This document shows, piece after piece, positions 25,581 through 38,253 of a DNA stretch of 64,000 bases. The position numbers and the translations under genes are program-made. The notes beneath the pieces were generated by a model. The model searched no databases and was not told the DNA's origin. It was given only the letters and a program-made list of their open reading frames with translations. Every line of letters starts with the position of its first letter. The stretch's first letter is position 1. This DNA comes from Marsupella aquatica (taxonomy: Eukaryota > Plantae > Marchantiophyta), in assembly GCA_973895155.1 (NCBI GenBank), contig OZ316891.1:4322018-4386017 (forward strand), written 5' to 3'.

Positions 25581-27068
25581 AATTATAAGCTTTACGATTG
25601 AGTCAAGTTATGTGTGATCTGGGCCATACATTTTTGTGGTCATGTTCAATAACATATGATCCATTGCACATAGAAATTTGAAACGCGAGGCAACAGCCAC
25701 CACATCATAGAGTCACAATTGAGTGACCCTGTGAGTGACAGGAAAAAATTCAGTTTTTTTAACCTAAATTTCTAGAGATATCTTATTTATATTGAAAGTA
25801 TTTTCAAAAATTTTTTCAAAAGTTCTAATTTGAATAGAAATAGTTGAATTCTTAATCAACTTAATTATTTTCTTCATCTTGGGCAGGTGCAGGCAAGCTG
25901 AAGGGCATCTTGGATATATATTTATTTAGATGGGTATTTGGATAGATCTGACAGTATTAAAACATAATGTTTGATGAAAGATCAAAATTGGTTCAAACTT
26001 TTTTATTAGGGACAGGGTAATGTATTATAGTGGTAGAAAAAGATAGAGGGAGTAACACTTTATGCTTGCCATGGCTTCCTATGCATGGAGGTACCAACAG
26101 GAATCTTGTGTATTGGCAGCCCACTTTGCTTGCTTGGAAAAGAGTGTCATCTTCCCCTTCACACTAAATGTAATTAATTTTTTGTCTATTCCTCCTCTTT
26201 GTCTTTCCTTTTTTGGGCATGTAATTATTATTTTGTCTATTCCTTCTCTTTGTCACATTTTTTCCTTTTTTGGGCCCTGCAAATTCAAAAGACTACCACT
26301 CTATAAGAGAGAGGGACCTAGTACTATAGTTCTTGATGGTCTCTCATATTTCTCCCTCCATACACGAGTTGACACGGTTGCCCTATAACTTGCACTATAA
26401 CTGGTAAATGAACATAAATGGGTTGACACGGTTGCCCTATAACTGGTAAATGAAACATTAAGCCCCTTAATCCTATACATGACTTGTATAGCATGACAGA
26501 ACCAGGTTGAATTTATACAATGTTGTTATTATAAGCTCCCTACCTTGACAACTCTTTACAGAAACCTTTAACAGACTTTGCTACTAGAATGGCCTGACAC
26601 CAAAACAAAGCGTTTTCGGTGGAAATATCAATCCTAGGGTTCTTAGCCTAAACGCTATGTTCTTTAATAAACCGAAAGCATATCAACATCTTGTGTCTTT
26701 CCTCAAATTACTTCCAACATTTCGGAGTGTAAACTTACTAGTCGTGAATTGAAGCTGAAATACTCTTGTGTCCCCGGTCAGCTGTAGTCCTTCTCGCTCC
26801 CCGGATTGGAATTGAAATGAATTGAATCACGCTATCCCATTAAATTGAGTGAAGGATACTTTTTGGAGGCTTAACCAGTAAAAATCATGACGGCGCGAAG
26901 GAGGATTGCTGCATTTGCTAGGACGGGTTCTCCTGGTGAGAACCCGTCCCGTTGGAGATGACTTTGGTCAGCATCTCGATGTGCCTCATTGTTTTGGCTA
27001 CTTTTGTTGCCAAGCCTCGTCGTCTAATATATTACCATTGTCTGACATGATCTCACTGTCCGAACTCG

Positions 27069-27290
27069 GGTTTGAACTTGTGATCGTTCTCAACAGAGAG
27101 AATAAAAACAAAACAACTTTACACACATCAAAGGATTGAGAACAAATTTGAACTTGTGATCGTTCTTAACGGAGCGAACGGAACAAAACAGAATAATTTT
27201 ACACACATCAATTGATTGAGCAAATTTGTACTTGTGATCGTTCTCAACGGAGCGCAGAAAAACTGAACAATTTTTCACATCGAGAACAAA
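27069..27290 (+). repeat. Tandem repeat, ~78-bp unit, ~3 copies
   Basis: tttg(a/t)acttgtgatcgttct..ttttacacacatcaa recurs at ~27071, ~27147 and ~27225. Confidence 0.8.
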
Positions 27291-27669
27291 CATGGAGAGA
27301 AGATGGTCTACAAATTGTCTTCTTTATCTCCAGCATTCTCAGACAAGAGAAAACGTCAGAAAATCTTATAGTGTTCTCGATCAATATATACACGCTGCTG
27401 GGGAGGGAAAGATTTAGCTGAAATCCTCTCATCACCACAGGACAACGAGACATTTTGATTTCAAAAGAAAGCTGCTAAACGGAAAGCGCAGAGCTCGTAA
27501 GGCAGCGACACACGTGGTGCGTATAGAGACCCGCGGCATTTTACATTAGCAAGCATATGCTATCTAATTTACATAAGAAAAGATAGCAGTCAATCAGAGA
27601 GAAACGACAGAGAATTCTGTCACAGAAGTTCATGGAGACATTTCCGGACCACGTTGGAGATTACAGCAT

Positions 27670-29703
27670 CTAGATAGAACACGCGCTCAATCGCTCCTTG
27701 TTCTGGTGCTTGAATTTAACGCTACGATGACCCAACGACTTTGAATAATTTTTCAACTGCACCATCGCCCATACTCTATCCATCTCAATTCGATGTTGGG
27801 ATAGTTCATGGTGCTTTTGTCGCAGACGACGGAGTACACTTGGCAGAGTTGTTGACGGATTTTTCCGTATGTCATCGATAATATCCACTCCATGATCTTC
27901 ATAGACGCGCCTGATGCATCTAAAATTAATAGCCGATAGATGATCGTCCAATACAAAGGTAGACAAAGACTCCTTGAATTCTGGATTCTGGATGTAGGCC
28001 ACCAGTTCATTCACCCTCCGAGCTGTGGCAAGTTTTGATTCCAGTAACACGTAGAGCTCGGTTCGATCATCTTCGCAATTGAAGAGAATCTTCTGATGAC
28101 GATTTTTCTCCATGTGCTTGGAAGAATTCGAGTCCCCATTTTCAACCGGCACAGATTCGCAGCAGTCGTTGAGGACTTCACGATCTAACTCCGTCTGCTG
28201 GGTGCACAAGGGCGTCGGATAGTCCTTCGGCCGGAGGCGGTAGCCGGGTGTGCAGCTTTCCCACTGGGAAATGTCAAGGTGCGAGGTCCGCTTTTTTAGA
28301 GTTTTAATTTTGCTGGAAATTGGTGACGCCTTCCGGCCGGGGACATCTGACTGAGCGGCAACACCTGCAAGGCCATCTCTCTTCCTTTTTCTAAGTGGCC
28401 GCTGATCCTGCGCTATGTGGTCCTCCTGGTCGCAGTCTTGCTCTTTCCTTTCATGCTGTTGGTTCTTTTGCACCCTACTAGGTGTTTTCGCTGGAGTTGT
28501 GCTATCTCGCAAATCGATCTTTTCACTGCTGAAGTAGCAGTTGAGGTTTTGAGAACTACACAGCAAATCGTCAAGCTCAGCCATGAGATCAGGATAAAGT
28601 CCTAAGATCTCGACAACGAGGCTTTGCAGCTCCGAACTGGTGATGATCTCTTTGCTGAACATGTTGACGCACTTGAGAAACTCCTCATAGAGTTCACGGT
28701 TCCAAAGCCGTTCCTTCACGTTTTCGAAGAAAACCTGCGCCTTACGTTCATTTTGGAGGTCTTTGTCATCGTTCCGTGGAGGAGACTGGTACTGGAATTC
28801 TTCTTCATCTTCCCAGTCCTCATGTTGCTTTCGGATGAGCCAATCGACCCGGCGAGCAGACTGTCTTGTGCACGATAACGTCGTCTGACAGACGACGAGA
28901 GTTTTGAACTTGCAATCATTTTCAGTATCTTTTGTAGCAGCTTCATTACCTGTCATGGCCTGTATGGAGTCGTCCATCTTGCCCTTTCCCTTCCTCTTCC
29001 GCTCAGCTTCAACCCTCTGCCCTGCTTGCTGAGACCGCGTGCCGGTGGTCGTCTCTCCCTCTGACCGAGACGCAAGGTTTGCAGCCGCTGGCTTGATCGC
29101 GGTAATATTGGACACCTGACCCTTATCCCGAAGAAAGTAACTGAAGTCCTCCAGCAGATCAGCATGCTGAGAGAAGAGATGCGACACCTTTCGGTGTATT
29201 TCCTGATCTGGTAGACCTCTCTTCATGTAAACATTCACGATCCTACAAAATGCAATGTAGACATGATATTGGTTCTCAAAACGCGTCCTGACCTTTTGGA
29301 CATAGGCCTTAGCCCTGTTGTATCGCTCGAGCAGGTCTTGGTTCTTTGCGATCATTTGCTTGCTCACGGCGATAGGACTTCTGTACCGCTCGGGGATCCA
29401 TTGGTTGAAGCCAAGAAGGAGCCTTCCCTCGTGACCTTTAAGCAAAACTTTTGCTTTTTCCATCATCTCGAGAGGGCCAATTCGTTTGTAATGCAAGTCC
29501 TTCATGACTTTTTCAAGTTCATCATATTTGTCTTGGTCCTCCAAAGTATTCTTCACCCCGATCAGAAATTCTACGGCATTCTCCTCTGTCAAATGCGATG
29601 CTCCTCCTCCAGCAGAAACAGCAGCAGACTGAACCCCCGCCATCTCCTCGTTGAAGTAGACTGGCTTTTGCGACTTGCTGTTCTTGTCAAATTTTCTAGA
29701 CAT
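27670..29703 (-). CDS. SIN3-like (SNL) corepressor, intronless and C-terminally truncated (677 aa)
   Basis: Three PAH-like domains (..LLKGHEGRLLLGFNQWIP; ..VSHLFSQHADLLEDFSYFL; ..FFENVKERL..YEEFLKCVNMFSKEII) and an HDAC-interaction domain (CTPGYRLRPKDYP..VLND..LFNCEDDRTEL..KNYSKSLGHRS). Ends where the Sin3 C-terminal domain should begin. Confidence 0.9.
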   Translation of the reverse strand: MSRKFDKNSKSQKPVYFNEEMAGVQSAAVSAGGGASHLTEENAVEFLIGVKNTLEDQDKYDELEKVMKDLHYKRIGPLEMMEKAKVLLKGHEGRLLLGFNQWIPERYRSPIAVSKQMIAKNQDLLERYNRAKAYVQKVRTRFENQYHVYIAFCRIVNVYMKRGLPDQEIHRKVSHLFSQHADLLEDFSYFLRDKGQVSNITAIKPAAANLASRSEGETTTGTRSQQAGQRVEAERKRKGKGKMDDSIQAMTGNEAATKDTENDCKFKTLVVCQTTLSCTRQSARRVDWLIRKQHEDWEDEEEFQYQSPPRNDDKDLQNERKAQVFFENVKERLWNRELYEEFLKCVNMFSKEIITSSELQSLVVEILGLYPDLMAELDDLLCSSQNLNCYFSSEKIDLRDSTTPAKTPSRVQKNQQHERKEQDCDQEDHIAQDQRPLRKRKRDGLAGVAAQSDVPGRKASPISSKIKTLKKRTSHLDISQWESCTPGYRLRPKDYPTPLCTQQTELDREVLNDCCESVPVENGDSNSSKHMEKNRHQKILFNCEDDRTELYVLLESKLATARRVNELVAYIQNPEFKESLSTFVLDDHLSAINFRCIRRVYEDHGVDIIDDIRKNPSTTLPSVLRRLRQKHHELSQHRIEMDRVWAMVQLKNYSKSLGHRSVKFKHQNKERLSACSI

Positions 29704-29749
29704 GGAAACAACTGGGTCAGTGCACAGTTAGATCGATACTCAAATCACA

Positions 29750-31440
29750 CACCCTAAAGTACTCGTATAGTGCCAGGCTTATGTTCAATAAAACATGGCA
29801 AGACAGGCAGCGTGACGATAACCTGTTAATCACGTACACGGAAACAACTGAATCAATCGAGGCCTAAGACAACCAAGCTGAAAGCAAGCAAAGTTTGAAA
29901 CATAACCCAACGAAAACGGACTCTTCGAAACGCGCATCTGCCGATTGAGCAATTCTAAGAAGCCTAGAAAATCCCATCAAAAGAGGTCTGCGCCAGAGAT
30001 TAGAAAACTACCGGCTTTTGAGACTGAGATGACAGGGGGAATGACCACGGTGCGCCCAAGAGAAGAGCGAAAAATCACGATGCTCACCCAAACTGGAAAC
30101 GAAACGAGATATTTTCAGAAATTGTTCAAACCAATGTATTACCACTTGTGGATAGATAGACCGATGCTTAATCACCAGCGCCCAGCTTGGTCTGCCTGCC
30201 GAAGTATAGGGTTAAGTATTTAGGACTGCACCAACTCTGTGAGATCTGCTATAGTTTTGTAGGTTTGATCACATCTATCTCGAACCTAGCGAGCCCTAAG
30301 CGAAAGATAGTCTTCTAGTGGCTGTCTCGAACCTCTTCCTAACCTGAGGATAGTCTTTCTGGTGACAATTACAGTTCCTGCTTTTCGCGAACCTAAGGTT
30401 CCTCCAGATGTAATGAAATAGTCCGCACTAGAATCGGCTACAAGTTTTCTAAGAGGTGGACAACTTTTTGTTGAGTCGAAGTGCTCTGGAAGCTCAGTCT
30501 GAACTATACAACTTTTGCAATGTCTATATTTGTACTGCGTCCTTGTCCCCGTCCCGGTGGGAAGCAAGCTCTGGTGTACCACAGCCAGATCTGCTCGACT
30601 ATATAGTTCCACAGGTGGGAGAGCTCCAACTAAAGGAAGAAAGTATTGAGATATGACTTAACTGCACTAGACTCTTCGAAACAAGCATCTGCCCAATGCG
30701 TCCCAGTGGGAAGCAAGCTCCGGTGTACCACAGCCAGATCTGCTCGACTATATTGTTCCACAGGTGGGAGAGCTCCAACTAAAAGAAGAAAGTATTGAGA
30801 TATGACTTAACTGAACTTAGACTCTTCGAAACAAGCGTCTGCCCAATGTCGAGTACCTTTCAAAATCTAAAAAATGCAATCAACTGAAGCTACAAGCGGC
30901 AGATCAACAGACAAATAAATGATACCAATGCGAAAGGAGTAATCGGATCAAACTCTGCCCACCTGCAAAAAGAAAACACGATATTTTGAGAACTGACATG
31001 ACAACCGGTTATGTCTGGTGCATGCATAGACCGATACTCAAATCACAAGCTCGCATTCATGGATTTTGTCCGAAAACAAACATGGACTCTGAAAAAACAA
31101 GGTGTCTGAAAATTAGGACATGAGCCAAACGGAAATAGCCAAGAACTATTCTGAGAAAAGGAAGCAAGTTTTGGGAAATAACGGAATGAAAGCCGAGTGT
31201 TCGATTGAAGAATGTGTGCATAACTAGGAAACCCAGACACAGAAACGGCAAACCTTGAGAGCTGACGCGGGCAAATCAGCAAACGGCCAGTTTCTTCGTC
31301 CACACTCCAGCTCCTGCGAGAAAAACTGTCGAAGAACTATGGATGCTCTAGACTCGGCCCCTTTCCAGCAGACGCGCGAGCTCCAAGAGAAGTTAGTCTC
31401 AGGTGTGAATGAATGCCCCGCCCTGGCTCCTTAAAGCCTC
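29750..31440 (-). promoter_or_regulatory. 5' leader (promoter, UTR exon and intron) of the SIN3-like gene, homologous to the YUCCA leader
   Basis: Collinear reverse-complement matches to 57050-58850, including the splice donor GTCAGCTCTCAAG|GT; acceptor candidate AACAG at ~29822-29827. Confidence 0.7.
30551..30848 (+). repeat. Recent ~149-bp tandem duplication
   Basis: gtccc(g/a)gtgggaagcaagctc...gactcttcgaaacaagc(a/g)tctgcccaatg occurs twice, nearly identical. Confidence 0.9.
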
Positions 31441-32367
31441 TTTCGAGGAATAACCAGCCCTATTATTCCACTCGTCCCGCCCCCTAAAGCAAACTACCGA
31501 CTACACTCGTCCGTCTCTCCTCATCCTAATTTATAGTACCTCGGCAGCAGCTGGTTGGTCTTGGGTACGTTTTCGATCTCTTTCTCACCTAGTTTAACAC
31601 ATCACACCTCTGCCATGCGTCCCTTAGATCTTCTCACGCTGCTTACTGAATTTGCCCGAAGCTCCCTCGATTACTAGTACAGGTACAGCTCATCTGCCGC
31701 CAGTCTACATAAGAGGTGCGACTACATATATGAGTGAGTTTTAAGGTGTCTTACGCTATTTAGAATCCAATCACGGACCGGCACAGACACATAGTTGAGA
31801 TCATTTTCTTGCTGTCACTTGTTGGTGCAGTTTGCTCCCTTCAGTTCGCTTGCGGGGTCCTTAATAATAACTCAGAGTCGATTGGAGGGTTGGCGTGCAG
31901 GATCTCCCTCCGTCCTCCGCCCATGCTATGCTCTTCGCCTATGCAAGAAAATCTATTTATCACCACATGATTGGTCTAGTAACCATACTAGATTCAGAAA
32001 TAACTATTTTATAGGGGTGCCTTAGAGCATCTCCACCAGTTGGGGCGATTCTGGCCGCTATCGCCAAATTTTGCCTCTTCCTTTTTCAGGTCTGAAGGAA
32101 ACGGGGCCAGAGACCCGCATTGCTCATCCCCACCCACACCCCTAAAATTTGGCCTCCATTCTATAACCGGGGGTTCGAACCAGGTGTTAATTTAAAGAGC
32201 CCATGGTTGGACTTGAGAAACTGCCGAAACAGCGAAAACATCGATGTCGTTTTTACAGAGTTTTGCGCTCGACACTCATCAGCTTTTGTTGGCAAATTTT
32301 GTGAGGCTTGCGATCGAAAGATTTCAATTGTGGATTGCATTCACGTTTCACTCGCAACTGTTCGCCA

Positions 32368-33692
32368 TGGATACCAGAGAGACATGGAGAGATAATCTGC
32401 GAAAATTCATGGAGGAAGAGGAAGAAATTTGGGACGAGGAAGACAGCTTCTGGCAACAGATTCTGTTTAGTGGACCTTTGTCGATTGAGTCTTGCAGCAT
32501 TTCGTCGTCAAGAATTAAAGAGGAAGCATGGAGGGTCCCGACCAGGAAAAGCTGCAACTCTTGATATATAGGAGGAGAGAAAATGGTGCTGAAGATCTTT
32601 ATAACGACTCTTTGCTGAGCATCCCACATATGACGAGTTGAAATTCAGAAGGAGATACTGAATGAGTTCTAGGTTATTCCAAAAAATCCTCCCAGCAGTG
32701 TGTGCATATGATAAGTATTTTGAATTGAAGTTTGATGCAACAAGACAGCCAGGTCTCTCTCCTCATCAGAAAATTACTGCTGCACTACGGCAGATGGCAT
32801 ACGTGGGATAGGTGCTGATACAATGGATGAGTATTGTAGAATTGCAGAAAGTACAGCCCTTGAGTCTTTGTATCGGTTTGTGAGAGCTATCAGACATTTG
32901 TATGAACCTGTCTATTTGTGAAAGCCAACTGGGGAGGATTGGAGTATAAATTTAGCCATCAACCAACAAAGAGGATTTCCAGGGATGTTCGGGTCGTTGG
33001 ACTGTATGCATTGGGAATGGAAAAATTGTCAAGTGGCTTGGCATGGTCAATACCAGGACAAGGATAAAGGCAAGTCTCTCATTTTAGAAGCAATTGTAGA
33101 CCAGGAATTGTGGATTTGGCATGCAGTTTTTGGGCTTGTTGGAGGCAACAATGACATCAATGTGCTGGACAGATCCCCTCTCCTTAATGAATGGTTGGCA
33201 CATGAGTCTCCCAATACCTCATTTCATGTTAATGGAGTAATATACAATCAGGACTATTTGCTGGTGGATGGAATCTATCCCGAGTGGGCTATGTTTATCT
33301 CTACTATACATTCACCACAATCTGAAAATTTGAGACATTTTGCAAAATGCCAAGAGGGGGCCAGGAAAGATGTGGAGAGGGCATTTGGAGTTCTACAGGC
33401 CAGATTCGAAATTGTCAAGAGGCCTGCACGATCATGGTTTGTGAGTAACCTCACACACGTTTTAATAGCTTGTGTGATCCTCCACAATATGATTTTGGAG
33501 GATGAGAGGCATGAAAATTTCACTCCCTATTTGAACATTCATCCACCGCCTCTCAGAAGAGGCTTGGTACCATGGCTACAATTCTTGGAAGCCACAAGGC
33601 AAATCCATGACAAAGATACACATTTTAAGTTAAGAAATGACCTCGTGGATCATTTGTGGAATTCAAAGGGTGCAGGGTACAACAATTTTTAG
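32368..33692 (+). pseudogene. Pong-like transposase with stops and frameshifts in the N-terminal half
   Basis: KHGGSRPGK, FRRRY*MS, GLSPHQKITAALRQMAY, DEYCRIAESTALE, RGFPGMFGSLDCMHWEWKNC, LEAIVDQELWIWH, YLLVDGIYP, QEGARKDVERAFGVLQARF. Confidence 0.92.
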
Positions 33693-34515
33693 TTCTGGTG
33701 AGTTTCCACTTCTTCAAATTCTTTGGATTCCAGTTTTGCGTTTGAATATTCCTACTTGGCCTCTGTAATTTGTAATTTCTGTATTGATTCAACTACAGGT
33801 TACAGTCAAACTTTTCTCATTTTCTCTGTCCTTGGCTGAAGCTTCTTGATCAATCAAGGCTGGATGTGCTCATTCGAGGCTCAATCTAGGTTTCATTTCA
33901 GTAAAGCATCACATTGGGTGGAGGCTGAATGGACTGAGCCAAGTCAAGAATATTAGAAGGTGGTTATGCAGTTTATTTTTGTTCGAGTTTGGTGCTCGGT
34001 TGTGGCAACTCCTATCAGCTCCTGAATTTGTCAGTTGAGGCTTTTCTCAGCTGCTTATGAATTTTACATTTCTTTCTTCCTCTTTGTGGATCCAACACGG
34101 AAGGAGACGCCAGCTGCATCAAGGATAATTGGGGGAGACCATGTCAAGGCTGGCTTCGTGACTCATACTCAAGCTTTTCGTCTAAGGCATTTCTTCCTTA
34201 GAATTAGGGATTGAGATTAGTTTTTTGAGTGGACTGAGCTCAAGGCCCTACTACCATTGGCCGCTGCTCATTGTAATTGAGGACACCTTATGAATAAAAC
34301 AGTTGCCCTGAGTTCTATACTCCTTGATTTGAGCTCATTTGTAATTCCTGAATGCTGAATTCGAATTGAATGGTTCAAAATTGGAGACATTCATAAGACA
34401 TGTGAACAAAAGGACATTAAATTCCAATGCCAGTTTTTATTAGTCCATTTCAAAATACAACAAGCCCACCAGATAGGGGCCATTCTCTACAAAAAATCAA
34501 AATCTGTTCATCTCA

Positions 34516-35569
34516 TCACAGCTGTACATGAACCAGTTCTTCATTTTCTCTCTCCTGCACATGGAATAGAGCTTCCAGGTCAGGTTCGAGGTCCTCCTCT
34601 GCCACAGCAGCTGGAGCCGGTGGCACAAATGCAGGTGGACTCGGTTCAACTCCCTCTCTAGGTGGCACATGTGAAGATGGACTACTTGCAAATACCACAT
34701 GTGGAAAATGTGGTGCTTGTGTGCTCAATGTTGCATTCTTCTGAGCAACCCGTTGCATCAATTTAATTGACTCTGCCAATTTCAAGTCATCCCACAACTT
34801 ACGCATGTTTGCATTCATATTGTCAGTAGGAAAGCTCAACATAGCCAACATTGAATTGTTCTGGTATGCCAGAGAACGCATTGTGTTTGCTGCTGCCATG
34901 TCTTTCTGAGCCTGTGCTGACATTTTCAGGGCATCTTCGTGCAACCTCAATCTCTTCAACTCATCTTTGGCTGCTTGATTTCCTGTCGGCCTCTCCCTGG
35001 TTGAACATTGATTGGATTCAGTGTCTTCATTGAAAGTTGTAGGGGTACTATCATCATCCAGTTCCATGACCTCTGCAGTGGGGCTGTCCTTGTCTGCGAC
35101 ACTTCTTGCTTGTTTCTTGCTCTTCCCTCTCTGCATCTCGTTCCTCTGGATTCATGAACCTGGGACAATCTTTCAAAATATAGTAGCAGCACTCAAAAGA
35201 GAAACTCCTGTTCTTGGGATGATTTTCTCTATACAACTCCTTTGCCAATTTGAACGTGTCTTCAGAGTTTGTCCCAGAAACCTGTCTACCATCTACTTGT
35301 TGACACGTGCCTATGAATTTCTGGACATCATGTTTGATATCCGCCCACTTCCCTTCCAACGATTTCTTCCCTCGCATCTCAAATTTGCGCCCCTTGTTTT
35401 TATGATAATGTTCAGCGACTCTATCCCAGAATTTCTCGGCCCTTTGCCCAGTTCCAATCAATGGATCCTGTAAAACATGAAGCACACTATAGCAAAGCTG
35501 CTTCCACTCGCTTTCAAAATAGTTTTTCCCTTGACTGCTTGCCATGCTGGATGACTTGCTCAATCGCAA
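34516..35569 (-). pseudogene. Pong ORF1 (Myb-like / NAM-associated DNA-binding protein), frameshifted near 35100-35140
   Basis: QGKNYFESEWKQLCYSVLHVLQDPLIGTGQRAEKFWDRV..SLEGKW..FSFECCYYILKDCPRF, continuing in another frame with ERPTGNQAAK. Confidence 0.85.
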
Positions 35570-38253
35570 GGTATATGCTTCACTTGATCAATCACGAGGG
35601 CTATGCAGCACAGTGTTGCATGACACAAGCTCTATGCAACAGTGTTGCACGCCCGTCGCACGACAAAAAGCGCGATTCTCACCCAAAACAAGTGCGGGAA
35701 ACTCCAAGCAGGAACCCAAGCCTGGGCCAGATTGTGCCGCGTGTATGGATTGAAATCCGTCGATCCTTCTAGGGGCCAAAATCCAGGCTCATTCTCTGAT
35801 CGCAAACGGGTACACATCTGAAGGTCGGTGTCTGGAATTTTGGGGCGGGCCGCAATCAGTTTACCGGTTGAAGAGTGCCAGTGGGAGGCCTTGCCCGCAA
35901 AGTTCCAATCTCTATTTGACTAATTGGAGGTTACAGGGTTGTTTTCTGGGTCCGGTGGAGATGCTCTTAGTAAGCATTGTAGAAATGTCAATAACACCTT
36001 TCTTACATATAAAGTCACATGCAGGTTGCTCCCTGTGGGTCTGAACAGCTAATGAAGAGGAACAACTACAATCATGGGAGGATATGATCAATTAGGGTCT
36101 CTCAAACCTGCACATTCCGCCTAAATTAATTTGGACTAGCTTTGATGAAAATAATCTGCCCATCTTCATGACCAAAACTGAGATTTTGGTCAAATTTACC
36201 CCACTCTAGTTTTGGTTCCCATAAGGGTCACACCATGAGCCTACTAAGGGCCAGGTTCCATGGGCCAGGGGTAGGGAGTATGGTCACTCCCTCTGACATC
36301 CCCTGGGGCCCAAATACACCGTATGCCAAGGTGTACACAGTATTTCAAATGTATGATTTTTTTGACTCAGGAGCCAATGAGAATGCCCTATACTGTTTTT
36401 ATACAGGGGCAGGGGGTGCCCCTGAAGTTTAATAGGGAGTGTGAGGGAAAATCATACTCCTTGATACAGTATTTGTACACCCTTCAGTCCCTGGAAAAGC
36501 TGCAATCTTATTGGCTTAAAAATTCTGACAGCATCCCTACTCCTTGCTCCCAGCCCCATGGAACCTAGCTCTAAAGAACATACATCATGACCATTTTCCA
36601 ATGAAATGGATGCCAGTGTTCTTAGTGCCCAAGTTGTTGACTGTGGGGTTGTAGTGTTCTGAGTGCCCAAGTTGCTGACGATTGGATTTGCTAGGACCGC
36701 AGATATGTACTCTGTGATATAACATGATAGGGCATGTCAAACTTGGGCCCATGAGGCCTATGGGTTTCCATCGTCATTCTTCACAGATTGTCCTTCTGTC
36801 TCAAGTACTTAGTTGAAGGTGTGTTCCCATAAGAAAATTTCTGTCAAAACAATTCGCGATCCCATTTTCCATGGCCAGATTATGAATAGGATTTCTCAAG
36901 GGATTTCTTTGCAAACAGTGAACTTTTGACAAGTCACCCTAGCTAGTTAGAAGTGGGATGTTGACAACAAACAAATTAATAACATTCATAATTCCTTGTG
37001 TTGATGTTTCACTCAAAACCTATTGCAAATGGATTTAAACTTCAAGAAACAGGAGTACCCAAAGTAGGAGGAGGAATGAAAATCCTGATATTTGCATCAT
37101 TGTTTGGATTCAAAGATTGCTATTGGTTTATCATTATAGAACTTAGTGACAAAACTAAGAATGATTGTAACTTTGTTGGTAGATCTGATAAAGATAGTCA
37201 TGTTTGGGCTCATTTTGAATCCCTGAGTGAGCCCAATCTAATCCTTGAGTTATGTTATCATGTTCTCTTTAGATACCACTTACTAATATGGATAAGGTTT
37301 TATCAATAGTTTCAGTAATTCTGGAATATTATTAACGATTTGGAAATTTCATAACAACTTTTTGGAAATTTAAATCAACTAAATTGTAGATAAATATGAG
37401 ACTTATCAATATCATATTTGAAATTTTTTGATCAAGATATATGAAGCTTAACAAGCTACTCCTAATAAATCTATGCATAACATACAATGTACTCTAGAAC
37501 TCAAGTTATAGGGAAAAGAATAATTGGTGTTGGAAATTTCATGATCAAAAATTGGACAAAAGAATGTCCAGAGTTAGTGAAATCACTGATTTTTTCACTT
37601 CAGTAAATAACCAGGAATATCCAAAATAGGAGGAATGAAAATTTTGATACACGTATTGTTGTTTGAATTCCAAAGATCGATATTATTTTATCATTACACA
37701 AAGTTAAAACACTAAAAATGATTGTAACTTTGTTGATGAGTATGGAAAGATAGTCACTCATGTTTAAGCTCATTTTAAGAACTTTGACAATTTGGTAACT
37801 TTGAGAGGTTTGACAATTTGGTAGTTTGACAAAGTTGTCAAACTATTGAGAACTTTGTCAAACTATGAGGTAACTTTTGATTAACTGTGATGTAAAACTT
37901 TCAAATGCTATTCAAAACTTCAATAGCATTCTGTGGGTACAATGTTGTGGTGCGCATACACATCACTAGCTACACAACATTCATTGTTTGTCACAAACAT
38001 CTAAGCATAGTCACCATCCAACATGATCACAATTGTAAGAGAATGGAGTACAAGTGGAACTCCTCTCCACACATGTCCAAAACTCACAATTGCCCCCCAA
38101 GCTGGAAGTGAGGTCCCCTAACTCAGCTAGCCGTAAATTCTACAAGGTTAATATACACCTTATTGAGTATGGAGATCAGGAGGCCGGATGGTGGGATCAA
38201 ACACAACATGAATTTTAAATAAATATCCTCGGTGTTTAGGTCAAAGCGTTAAG

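Larger units (their letters stand above)
32025..35966. mobile_element. Pong-type PIF/Harbinger DNA transposon, 3.94 kb, decayed
   Basis: 13-bp TIRs GAGCATCTCCACC / GGTGGAGATGCTC, TTA TSD (32022-32024 and 35967-35969), convergent transposase and Myb-like ORF1. Confidence 0.95.

Noticed and set aside
4131-29757. Antisense or alternative-frame ORFs overlapping the subtilase, transposase, shugoshin-like and SIN3 genes
   Set aside because: They are shadows of real coding sequence with no independent motifs.
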